Source of the DNA: Burkholderiaceae bacterium
GTDB lineage: Bacteria; Pseudomonadota; Gammaproteobacteria; Burkholderiales; Burkholderiaceae_E
Assembly: GCA_019428955.1 (NCBI GenBank)
Contig: JAHYJF010000001.1
Location: forward strand, 1 to 44,354
Direction of reading: 5' to 3'
DNA: 44,354 bases
Below are positions 1 through 7,428 of the stretch, piece by piece (within the stretch, counting starts at the first letter, position 1; each line of letters begins with the position of its first letter). The notes under the pieces are model-generated. The model was not told where the DNA came from. It saw nothing but the letters and a program-made list of their open reading frames with translations, and ran no database searches. A program made the position numbers and the translations under genes.

Positions 1-940
1 AACCCTGCCCTGCGGTGCAGCCGAAGCAATGGTCGGCGACCCGGATCGGCAGATCTTCAAGCCGGCTGGCGGTGATCTCGCTCAGATGCAGTCGCGGTTT
101 GCCGGCGGTGCCGATGGCCAGTCCGAGCTGTTGGTTGAAGTCGCAGTCGTAGAGGTAGCCCTGCCAGTCCACGCTCACGAGGCTGCGGCACATCACGCCA
201 CCCAGGTTGTCCTCGCGGTGGGCACTGCGCAGCAGTGTCATGTAGCTGTTGAACTGTCCCTTGGACACCAGCATCGAGCCGAACCGCTGGATCGGCATGT
301 TGGCCAGCGTGAACAGTCGATTGAACACGACGCCAAAGTGCTCGGCGAGGTGGCGCTTGTAGTCGCCTTCCAGCTTCTCCTGGGGCGGTGGCAGCATGGC
401 GCCCTGCGGGTTGTAGACCAGGTTCAGGGTCAGGCCGGAGCCGGGCTTGCCGTAGCCGAGCGCATTCAAGCGCTCCAGGGCGCGCATGCTGGCGTCGAAA
501 GTCCCGGCGCCGCGCTGGCGGTCGACGTTGTCGGACAGATAGCAGGGCAGCGACGCCACGACCTCGACGCCATGGGCCGCCAGGAAGTCCGCAAGGTCTT
601 CCTGACCGGGCTCTTCGAGAATGGTCAGGTTGCAGCGATCGATCACGTGCACTCCGCGCGCCCGCGCCGCGATCACGAGCCCACGGAAGTGCCGGTTGAG
701 TTCCGGTGCGCCGCCCGTCAGATCGAGCGTCCGGACCTCGGGGCTGGCGGTGAGGAAAGCGACCACCGCGGCGATGGTGTCGCCAGACATCTCTTCGGTC
801 CGATTCGGCCCGGCGTTGACGTGGCAGTGCACGCAACTCTGGTTGCAGCGGTAGCCCAGGCTGACCTGGAGGGTGTTGAGAGTACCGCGCTCAATCCTCG
901 GGAAATCGGTTTTGAAGAGCAACGGGAGGGTGGCGTGCAT
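1..940 (-). CDS. Radical SAM/Cys-rich protein, ArsS-like (arsenosugar-type radical SAM). The 3' end is cut by the window edge.
   Basis: Not in the ORF track because it runs off the window. Reverse-strand ATG at 940-938, then MHATLPLLFKTDFPRIERGTLNTLQVSLGYRCNQSCVHCHVNAGPNRTEEM with the CxxxCxxC radical SAM motif. The frame stays open to position 2 and ends in ...ADHCFGCTAGQG, the start of the C-terminal Cys-rich motif. GGAG sits 5 nt upstream of the ATG. Confidence 0.8.
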   Translation of the reverse strand, partial: MHATLPLLFKTDFPRIERGTLNTLQVSLGYRCNQSCVHCHVNAGPNRTEEMSGDTIAAVVAFLTASPEVRTLDLTGGAPELNRHFRGLVIAARARGVHVIDRCNLTILEEPGQEDLADFLAAHGVEVVASLPCYLSDNVDRQRGAGTFDASMRALERLNALGYGKPGSGLTLNLVYNPQGAMLPPPQEKLEGDYKRHLAEHFGVVFNRLFTLANMPIQRFGSMLVSKGQFNSYMTLLRSAHREDNLGGVMCRSLVSVDWQGYLYDCDFNQQLGLAIGTAGKPRLHLSEITASRLEDLPIRVADHCFGCTAGQG

Positions 941-980
941 GGGCGCTCCAGGATCGGGTTTCCTGATAGACGGAGCGCCC
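941..980 (-). promoter_or_regulatory. Possible hairpin in the arsS-like 5' leader that sequesters the Shine-Dalgarno sequence
   Basis: gggcgctcc (941-949) and ggagcgccc (972-980) are perfect 9-nt inverted repeats separated by 22 nt. On the minus-strand mRNA the downstream arm holds the GGAG directly in front of the ATG at 940. Confidence 0.3.
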
Positions 981-1057
981 ACTACAATCATTACACCCGG
1001 CCCGAACCAGGGCGTAAGAATATTTGCGCCCGGTTCGTCTCATGAGTTCCAATTCGG

Positions 1058-1348
1058 ATGAACACGACCGTGTCAGTGGTGAATTCAGAACCAGCCCTCG
1101 AGACCGCTAGCCCCACCCGGCGACGGTGGCACGTCGCGCGCTGCATGGCTGAACCGCGGATCGTGTGGGAGGCGCTCAAAGTCGCGCTGGTGGTCGGGAC
1201 GGTGCTCAACCTCATCAATCATGGCGCGCAGCTTTGGGCCCTGCGCCCGGTCACCCTATGGCAGGTGGCGCTCAATTTTGTGGTGCCATACTGCGTGTCG
1301 AGTTACAGTGCGGCAAGGAATGAAGCACAGAGTTCCCGGGGGAAATGA
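1058..1348 (+). CDS. Small membrane protein, NrtS-like (putative nitrate/nitrite transporter family)
   Basis: 96-aa ORF with two hydrophobic segments and the motifs ALVVGTVLNLINHG and VVPYCVSSYSA, which I recall as typical of NrtS-type proteins. An alternative start is the ATG at 1145 (M30). The TGA stop directly abuts the ATG of the sigma factor gene. Confidence 0.55.
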   Translation: MNTTVSVVNSEPALETASPTRRRWHVARCMAEPRIVWEALKVALVVGTVLNLINHGAQLWALRPVTLWQVALNFVVPYCVSSYSAARNEAQSSRGK

Positions 1349-1987
1349 ATGCCGAACTCGCCGGCCTCGTCACCCCCATTGTCCGCCACCGCTCGGGTGG
1401 CGGCCGGCATCAGCGCCGAGGCACTCATCGCGTTACGCTCGGACATGCTGCGTTTCGCACAGTTGCAGATGCGCGATGACGCAGCCGCCGAGGACGTGGT
1501 TCAGGAATCGATCGAGGCGGCGCTACGGCATTCATCGGAATTTGCTGGGAATTCGACTTTGAAGACTTGGGTTTTCGCGATCCTGCGCAATCGCATCATC
1601 GACCATTTCCGACAGGCCAAGAGAACCGTATCGATACCCAGCCTGGTGGGCGACGACGAAGACTGGCAAGCCAATTTGGAGACGCTGTTCAACGAAAAGG
1701 GTGCGTGGCGTGACGGGCTGCGGCCCCTCGCCTGGCCGAATCCCGACGAGGCGATGCAGACCAGGCAGTTCTGGAGAGTCTTCGAGGCTTGCCTCGATCA
1801 CCTGCCGCCCAACACCATCCGGGTGTTCATGATGCGCGAGTTTCTCGGCCTTGAGTCAAGCGAGATCTGTGAACAGTTGGCGATCACCACCAGCAACTGT
1901 CACGTGATCCTGCACCGCGCACGCCTGAAGCTGCGCAGTTGCATGGAAGCCGGATGGGGCCGACCTGGGGAGGGAATGACATGCTGA
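1349..1987 (+). CDS. ECF-type RNA polymerase sigma-70 family factor
   Basis: Region 2 (EDVVQESIEAAL...TWVFAILRNRIIDHFR) and region 4 (FMMREFLGLESSEICEQLAITTSNCHVILHRARLKLR) are separated by a long linker. The 3' end overlaps the downstream anti-sigma gene. Confidence 0.9.
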   Translation: MPNSPASSPPLSATARVAAGISAEALIALRSDMLRFAQLQMRDDAAAEDVVQESIEAALRHSSEFAGNSTLKTWVFAILRNRIIDHFRQAKRTVSIPSLVGDDEDWQANLETLFNEKGAWRDGLRPLAWPNPDEAMQTRQFWRVFEACLDHLPPNTIRVFMMREFLGLESSEICEQLAITTSNCHVILHRARLKLRSCMEAGWGRPGEGMTC

Positions 1988-2193
1988 ACTGCAGGGAAGT
2001 AACGGAGTTGTGCTCCCAGGAGATGGAACGCCGGCTGGGACTGGCAGAGCGGTTACGTTTGCAGACCCATCTGATGATGTGTTCCGGATGCACCAATTTT
2101 CGCATCCAGATGCAGACTCTGCGCCGGGCGATGCACGCCTACGCCGACGGCAAGGCGGTCGACGAGGGCAACAAGCCGCCGCACCAGAGATAG
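1981..2193 (+). CDS. Small soluble zf-HC2 (ZAS-type) putative anti-sigma factor
   Basis: MLNCREVTELCSQEMERRL...THLMMCSGC carries the H-x3-C-x2-C motif and has no transmembrane segment. The ATG at 1981 overlaps the end of the sigma gene. The ORF-track start at 1939 lies inside the sigma gene and is less likely. Confidence 0.75.
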   Translation: MLNCREVTELCSQEMERRLGLAERLRLQTHLMMCSGCTNFRIQMQTLRRAMHAYADGKAVDEGNKPPHQR

Positions 2194-2216
2194 GGCTGGC
2201 GCACCGGGCTTGAGAT

Positions 2217-2292
2217 TGGTGCCGACTGCCCGACTCGAACGGGCGACCTACCGCTTACAAGGCGGTTGCTCTACCAACTGAGCTAAGCCGGC
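2217..2292 (-). tRNA. tRNA-Thr (anticodon UGU)
   Basis: The reverse complement GCCGGCTTAGCTCAGTTGGTAGAGCAACCGCCTTGTAAGCGGTAGGTCGCCCGTTCGAGTCGGGCAGTCGGCACCA folds as a 76-nt cloverleaf. It has a 7-bp acceptor stem, anticodon loop CTTGTAA, T-loop TTCGAGT and an encoded CCA. Confidence 0.93.
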
Positions 2293-2789
2293 TACTTGAT
2301 CCTGGTCAGTTTGGGCTTGCCGCGACCGCGCGGCGGCGGCGGAACTTCGTCACCGCTCCCGTTGTCAGTTTCCTTGCCTGGCGCGCTGCCAGGCTCGACG
2401 CTGCGCAATTCCTGGGCGCCTTCCGCTCCGGGCGCGGGCTGGTCGTCGGCGTCGGAGCCGGTGGCGATTGCCGCCAGGTCATCGACCTCGAATGCCATGC
2501 CGTGTCCGCTCTCACGCGAATAGATTGCGCTGACCCGGTCGACCGGAACCAGCAATTCCCGCGACACGCCGCCGAATCTCGCCTGGAATTCAATCCACTC
2601 ATTGCCGAACACCAACCGGTTGGTGGCCGAACCGGCTACGTTGAGCACGATCTCACCGTCGTGGACATGCTCACGCGGCACATTGGTGCGTTCGTCGACC
2701 GAAACCGCCAGATATGGCGTGAAGCCATTGTCGATGCACCACTCATTGATGGCGCGGATCAGGTAAGGCTTGGTCGAGGTCGGTTCCAT
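2292..2789 (-). CDS. sspB: Stringent starvation protein B (ClpXP adaptor)
   Basis: KPYLIRAINEWCIDNGFTPYLAVSV...DGEIVLNVAGSATNRL...ARFGGVSRELLVPVDRVSAIYSRESG parallels E. coli SspB. It has an acidic/Pro-rich linker and a basic C-terminal tail. Confidence 0.93.
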   Translation of the reverse strand: MEPTSTKPYLIRAINEWCIDNGFTPYLAVSVDERTNVPREHVHDGEIVLNVAGSATNRLVFGNEWIEFQARFGGVSRELLVPVDRVSAIYSRESGHGMAFEVDDLAAIATGSDADDQPAPGAEGAQELRSVEPGSAPGKETDNGSGDEVPPPPRGRGKPKLTRIK

Positions 2790-2861
2790 CGAATCCCCAT
2801 TTGTGGCGCCGCGACTGGCGAACCGGCTATCGGTCCGGGGCGCGGCGCCCCAGGGCAGAGA

Positions 2862-3476
2862 TCAGCGGCGCATCACCTTCTCGGAAGGTGTCAGCGCCTC
2901 GATGAAGGCCGGGCGCGAAAACAGGCGTTCGGCATAACGCAGCAGCGGCGCGGCACTCTTGGGCATCTCAATGCCGTAGTGGTCGAGCCGCCAGAGCAAC
3001 GGCGCGATGGCGACGTCGAGCATCGAGAAATCGTCGCCCAGCATGTGCTTGTTCTTGATGAAGATCGGCGAGAGCTGGGTCAGGCGGTCCCGAATCTGGG
3101 TGCGGGCGTGTTCGACCAGCTTGGCCAGGTCGCGGGTCTGGTCGCGACGCTCGAGCTGCTGAACGTGCGCAAACAACTCGCGCTCGAAATTGAACAGGAA
3201 CAAGCGCGCCCGCGCCCGCATCACCGGATCTGCGGGCATCAGCTGCGGATGCGGGAAACGCTCGTCGATGTACTCATTTATGATGTTCGATTCGTACAGG
3301 ATCAGGTCCCGTTCGACCAGGATCGGCACCTGGCCATAGGGATTCATTATCGAGATATCCTCCGGCTTGTTGTAAAGATCAACGTCGCGGATCTCGAAAT
3401 CCATCCCCTTCTCGAACAGGACAAAGCGGCAACGCTGACTGAACGGGCAGGTAGTTCCGGAATACAGGACCATCAT
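2862..3476 (-). CDS. sspA: Stringent starvation protein A (GST-like)
   Basis: MMVLYSGTTCPFSQRCRFVLFEKGMDFEIRDV...YESNIINEYIDERFPHPQLMP closely parallels E. coli SspA. I chose the ATG at 3476; the ORF-track start at 3551 adds 25 residues with no homologous counterpart. Confidence 0.92.
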   Translation of the reverse strand: MMVLYSGTTCPFSQRCRFVLFEKGMDFEIRDVDLYNKPEDISIMNPYGQVPILVERDLILYESNIINEYIDERFPHPQLMPADPVMRARARLFLFNFERELFAHVQQLERRDQTRDLAKLVEHARTQIRDRLTQLSPIFIKNKHMLGDDFSMLDVAIAPLLWRLDHYGIEMPKSAAPLLRYAERLFSRPAFIEALTPSEKVMRR

Positions 3477-3568
3477 GGCGGGTGTTTCCCCTTGTCTCTT
3501 GGAATCTCGGTAGAGGCGCGATTCTACTCGCCCCACCGGTTGATGCATCAAATCCGCTCTTTGGCGCG

Positions 3569-4456
3569 CTAGTGGACGTCTCGCCAGTACACCCGGTTGA
3601 GATTCCAGGCGGCAGCGGCAAATATGGCCAGGAACAGCAGCACCCAGACGCCGACCCGGGTCCTGGTGTGTGCGCTGGGGTCGGCCATGTAGGTCAGGTA
3701 GGCGACCAGGTCGGCAACAGCGGCGTCGTACGAGGGCGTGTCGAGCTTGCCCCCCTGGGCAGCGCCGAACTTGATCTTGCGGCCAGGCTGGGCATCAGGC
3801 CCGGTGACCTGCTCGGTCTTCTCGCTGGCGACGCCATTGCGATCATAGCTGGTCGCCACGCGCACGAAACCGGCCACCCGGCCCGAAGCAGCGTCCTTGA
3901 CCGCCATCACCTCCTCGATCGTGGCTCCCCGCTCCCCCTGGAGTTCCCAGAAGACGTGCGGCATCCCGACGTTGGGGAACACCGCATTGTTCCAGCCAGT
4001 CGGCCGGCTGGCGTCCCGGTAGTAGGAGCGCAGGTAGGTATAAAGCCAGTCGGCGCCCGAACCGCCACCCGAGGCGCGGGCCCGCGCGATCAGCGACAGG
4101 TCTGGCGGCGTCGCGCCAAACCACTCCCTGGCGTCGGCCGGTGACATCGCGGTCTTCATCTGCTCGCCAACCTTTTCCCCGGCCAGCATCAGGTTGGAAC
4201 GGATCTGTTCCTCGGTCAGGCCAAGATCGGTCAGCCGGTTGTAGCGCATTACCGCGGCTGCGTGGCAGTTGAGGCAGTAATTCACGAACAGCTTGGCGCC
4301 GTTCTGCAGTGCGACCTGGTCGTTGAGCTTGTCGGTCGGGAAACGATCGAGCGGCAAGCCCGCTTCGCTCGCCCCAGCCTGCAGCGGCAGTATCGTCGCC
4401 ACCGCCAGCAAGGCCGCTGTCACTGCCTGGCGCATCGAATTTTTCATCATCTCCAT
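3569..4456 (-). CDS. petC: Cytochrome c1 subunit of the bc1 complex
   Basis: Signal peptide, CLNCH haem-binding motif and a C-terminal transmembrane anchor. The start is ambiguous: GTG 4471, or ATG at 4456, 4450 or 4447. GGAGAAAG precedes the ATG cluster. Confidence 0.88.
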   Translation of the reverse strand: MEMMKNSMRQAVTAALLAVATILPLQAGASEAGLPLDRFPTDKLNDQVALQNGAKLFVNYCLNCHAAAVMRYNRLTDLGLTEEQIRSNLMLAGEKVGEQMKTAMSPADAREWFGATPPDLSLIARARASGGGSGADWLYTYLRSYYRDASRPTGWNNAVFPNVGMPHVFWELQGERGATIEEVMAVKDAASGRVAGFVRVATSYDRNGVASEKTEQVTGPDAQPGRKIKFGAAQGGKLDTPSYDAAVADLVAYLTYMADPSAHTRTRVGVWVLLFLAIFAAAAWNLNRVYWRDVH

Positions 4457-4487
4457 CTTTCTCCAGTGCACGTTCGCGCCGGCGGGT

Positions 4488-5873
4488 TCAATGTGCCCGA
4501 AAGACCACGCGCTCCGGGATCGCCCTGAACGAGCCCAGCGTGCTCCACCACGGCATCAGCAGGAAGAACCCGAAATAGCACATAGTCGCGATCTGCGAGA
4601 GCAGGGTGCCGAGCGGCGAAACCGGCTGCACGCCAAAGAAGCCGAGAGTTACGAACACGACGACGAACACGCCCAGCACCACGGTGTGCCAGCGGGGGCG
4701 ATAACGCATCGACTTGGCCGGGCTGCGATCGAGCCAGGGCAGCGCGAACAGCACCATCACCGCCGAGAACATCGCAACCACGCCCCAGAACTTGGCGTCG
4801 ATGATGAAGAAGCCCACCGTCAGCCCAACCGTGATGGCCACGGTCGCAACCTTGGCCAGCAGGCTGCGTGTGGTCAGCAGCACCAGCACCGCGTATGCCC
4901 CGAAGAACGGGACCAGCCAGCGGAACATGAACTCGTCGGTGATCGCGCGCAGGATCGAATAGAACGGCGTGAAGTACCAGACCGGGGCGATGTGCGCCGG
5001 GGTCTGCAGCGGATTGGCCGGGTAGAAGTTGTTGTATTCGAGGAAATAACCGCCGAATTCCGGTCCGAAGAACACCACCGCCGAAAACAGGAACAGGAAG
5101 ACCGCGACTCCGAGGGTGTCATGGACGCTGTAGTAGGGGTGGAACGCAATCCCGTCGAGCGGGATGCCATCGGGCCCCTTCTTCTCCTTGATCTCGATTC
5201 CGTCGGGATTGTTCGAGCCCACGTGGTGCAGCGCGATGATGTGCCCGGCCACCACTCCCACCAGAATCAGGGGGATGGTCGCGACGTGGAATGCGAAGAA
5301 GCGGTTGAGGGTGGCGTCGGAAACCACGAAATCACCGCGGATCCAGATCGAAAGCTCCTCGCCGATGTAGGGGATCGAGGAGAACATGTTGACGATCACC
5401 TGCGCGCCCCAGAACGACATCTGGCCCCAGGGCAGCAGGTAACCCATGAAGGCCTCGGCCATCAGGATCAGGAACAGCCCGCAACCCATCAGCCAGATCA
5501 GTTCACGCGGCTTGCGGTAGGACCCGTAGAGCAGTCCGCGGAACATGTGCAGGTAGACCACGATGAAGAATGCCGATGCGCCGGTTGAATGGAGATAGCG
5601 GATCAGCCATCCCCAGGGCACGTCGCGCATGATGTACTCGACCGACTGGAACGCGAGCGCCGCATCGGGCTTGTAGTGCATCGTCAGGAAGATGCCGGTG
5701 ACGATCTGCAGTCCCATCACGACCATCGCCAGCACGCCGAAGAAGTACCAGAAGTTGAAGTTCTTCGGAGCGTAGTACTCCGACATGTGCTCCTTGAACA
5801 TCTTCGTCAGCGGGAAACGCTGATCGATCCAGCCCATCAGGCCGGTGGTCTCCACTTGGTTTTCCTGCGCCAT
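4488..5873 (-). CDS. petB: Cytochrome b subunit of the bc1 complex
   Basis: 461-aa polytopic protein. The N-terminus WIDQRFPLTKMFKEH...YYAPKNFNFWYFFG and the PEWYF-like motif (PVWYFTPFY) are typical of cytochrome b. Confidence 0.95.
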   Translation of the reverse strand: MAQENQVETTGLMGWIDQRFPLTKMFKEHMSEYYAPKNFNFWYFFGVLAMVVMGLQIVTGIFLTMHYKPDAALAFQSVEYIMRDVPWGWLIRYLHSTGASAFFIVVYLHMFRGLLYGSYRKPRELIWLMGCGLFLILMAEAFMGYLLPWGQMSFWGAQVIVNMFSSIPYIGEELSIWIRGDFVVSDATLNRFFAFHVATIPLILVGVVAGHIIALHHVGSNNPDGIEIKEKKGPDGIPLDGIAFHPYYSVHDTLGVAVFLFLFSAVVFFGPEFGGYFLEYNNFYPANPLQTPAHIAPVWYFTPFYSILRAITDEFMFRWLVPFFGAYAVLVLLTTRSLLAKVATVAITVGLTVGFFIIDAKFWGVVAMFSAVMVLFALPWLDRSPAKSMRYRPRWHTVVLGVFVVVFVTLGFFGVQPVSPLGTLLSQIATMCYFGFFLLMPWWSTLGSFRAIPERVVFRAH

Positions 5874-5950
5874 CTTGGTGTCCCTCGGATCAGGTCATGG
5901 GTGCTGTCGGGGTAGTGCTCGTGCGCCGCTCCCGGCTCAGACCCGCGTGG

Positions 5951-6553
5951 TCAGGCCTTGTCGTCACTGCCGATGCGCAGGCGCGTATCCGACACGTATT
6001 GGTAGGGCGGCACCGGGAGGTTGTCAGGAGCCGGCTTGTTCTTGAACACGCGTCCGGCAAGATCGAAGGTTGATCCGTGACATGGGCACAGGAACCCACC
6101 CTGCCAGTCATCGGGGAGCGAAGGCTGCGGCCCGGGCGCGAGCCGATCGCTGGGCGAGCAGCCGAGATGGGTGCAGATGCCAACCACGACAAGATATTCG
6201 GGCTTGATCGAGCGGTACTCGTTGCGCGCATATTCGGGGGTGTTGCCGGGATCTCGGACCGATTTCGGGTCGGCCACCTCGGAGTCGGTCTTCTTCAGCG
6301 ACGCGAGCATCTCGGGGGTGCGGCGCAGCACCCAGACCGGCTTGCCCCGCCACTCGACGCGCTTGAGTTCGCCGGGCTGGATCTCGCTGATATCCACCTC
6401 GACCGGGGCACCTGCCGCCCGGGCGCGCTCCGAGGGAGCGAAAGTACTTACAAACGGGATCGCGGCCGCAACGCCGCCGGCGGCGCCAATGGCACACGTA
6501 ACCCCGATCGCGGTACGCCGGGAGGAGTCGACCTTTTCTTCGGAATCACCCAT
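5951..6553 (-). CDS. petA: Rieske Fe-S subunit of ubiquinol-cytochrome c reductase
   Basis: CTHLGC and CPCHGS cluster-binding boxes and a twin-arginine leader (SSRRTAIGV). I chose the ATG at 6553; the ORF-track start at 6649 runs into the upstream intergenic region. Confidence 0.92.
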   Translation of the reverse strand: MGDSEEKVDSSRRTAIGVTCAIGAAGGVAAAIPFVSTFAPSERARAAGAPVEVDISEIQPGELKRVEWRGKPVWVLRRTPEMLASLKKTDSEVADPKSVRDPGNTPEYARNEYRSIKPEYLVVVGICTHLGCSPSDRLAPGPQPSLPDDWQGGFLCPCHGSTFDLAGRVFKNKPAPDNLPVPPYQYVSDTRLRIGSDDKA

Positions 6554-6645
6554 CGTTGAGTTCCCGCTGTTTGATGCAACCATAAATCCTAGCCTGTTCG
6601 ACCGTACCCGTGGATTATGCAAGGGTTTGGCGGCCCACCGGCATT

Positions 6646-7428
6646 TCAAGCCGGATTGTCGTCGTCGACGAAACCGTGCCAGATTCCCAGCTGCGCGGCG
6701 ACCGCCTCGCCCAGCGCCTTTACCCCGTAACGTTCAGTTGCATGGTGGCCGGCGGCGAAGTAGACGATTCCGGCTTCGCGCGCCATGTGGGTGGTGCGCT
6801 CGGAGATTTCGCCGCTGACGAAAGCGTCGGCCCCCAGGGCGATCGCTTCCTCGATCTCGTCCTGGGCCGCCCCGGTGCACCATATCAGGCGGCGGATCGG
6901 GCGTTCGCTGGCGCCGACCACCAGGGGCGGGCGCCCGAGGCGCTGGCGCAGGCGGGTGGCGAGCGAGCGCGCACTCACGCTACGAGTGAATTCGGTGATC
7001 GACAGCAGGCCGTAGCGCCCGGCCCGGCCGTCGAGGCGCCAGCCCATCACCCGCGCAAGACAGGCGTTGTTGCCGAGTTCGGGATGGGCGTCGAGCGGCA
7101 GGTGATAAGAGTGCAGGCCGATGCCATGCTCGATCAGCAGACGCACCCGTCTGAACCTGAACCCGGTGAGACGCTGGTCATCGCCGCGCCAGAACAGTCC
7201 ATGGTGCACCAGCAATGCGTCGGCACGCAAAGCCGCGGCACGGCAGATCGTCGCGGCGCTCGCGGTCACGGCGCTCACCAGCCGGCGCACCTGCGGCCTT
7301 CCTTCCACCTGCAAGCCGTTTGGGCAATAATCCTCGAAGGAGTCGGGCTCCATGATCTGAGCCAAAACCTGCTCCAGCGCCGCGCTCGGCACCGCCACCA
7401 CACTGGAATCCCGGTTCTTTGTCGTCAT
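6646..7428 (-). CDS. Nif3-family dinuclear metal centre protein (YbgI-like)
   Basis: DYCPNGLQVEG near the N-terminus, HHG..W, and C-terminal GHHATERYG motifs typical of the Nif3/YbgI family. The start may be an internal GVG-region GTG (see findings). Confidence 0.85.
   Translation of the reverse strand: MTTKNRDSSVVAVPSAALEQVLAQIMEPDSFEDYCPNGLQVEGRPQVRRLVSAVTASAATICRAAALRADALLVHHGLFWRGDDQRLTGFRFRRVRLLIEHGIGLHSYHLPLDAHPELGNNACLARVMGWRLDGRAGRYGLLSITEFTRSVSARSLATRLRQRLGRPPLVVGASERPIRRLIWCTGAAQDEIEEAIALGADAFVSGEISERTTHMAREAGIVYFAAGHHATERYGVKALGEAVAAQLGIWHGFVDDDNPA

Noticed and set aside
29-1045. 338-aa plus-strand ORF, and other ORFs, covering the left edge
   Set aside because: It is antisense to a clearly recognisable radical SAM (ArsS-like) reading frame that has a CxxxCxxC motif. 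The translation is Ala/Gly/Val/His-rich with no recognisable motifs, as expected for a high-GC antisense artefact.
1113-1130. Sigma-54-like motif tGGcacg-N4-gcGCt
   Set aside because: The GG/GC spacing fits, but the -12 element deviates from TTGC. The site also lies inside the NrtS-like ORF with no obvious downstream target. A second TGGCAC upstream of mlaF (about 24490-24510, minus strand) has no -12 GC at the right spacing.
4293-5588. 431-aa plus-strand ORF over petC and petB
   Set aside because: It is antisense to cytochrome b. It is highly charged and His/Arg/Glu-rich, with no motifs.
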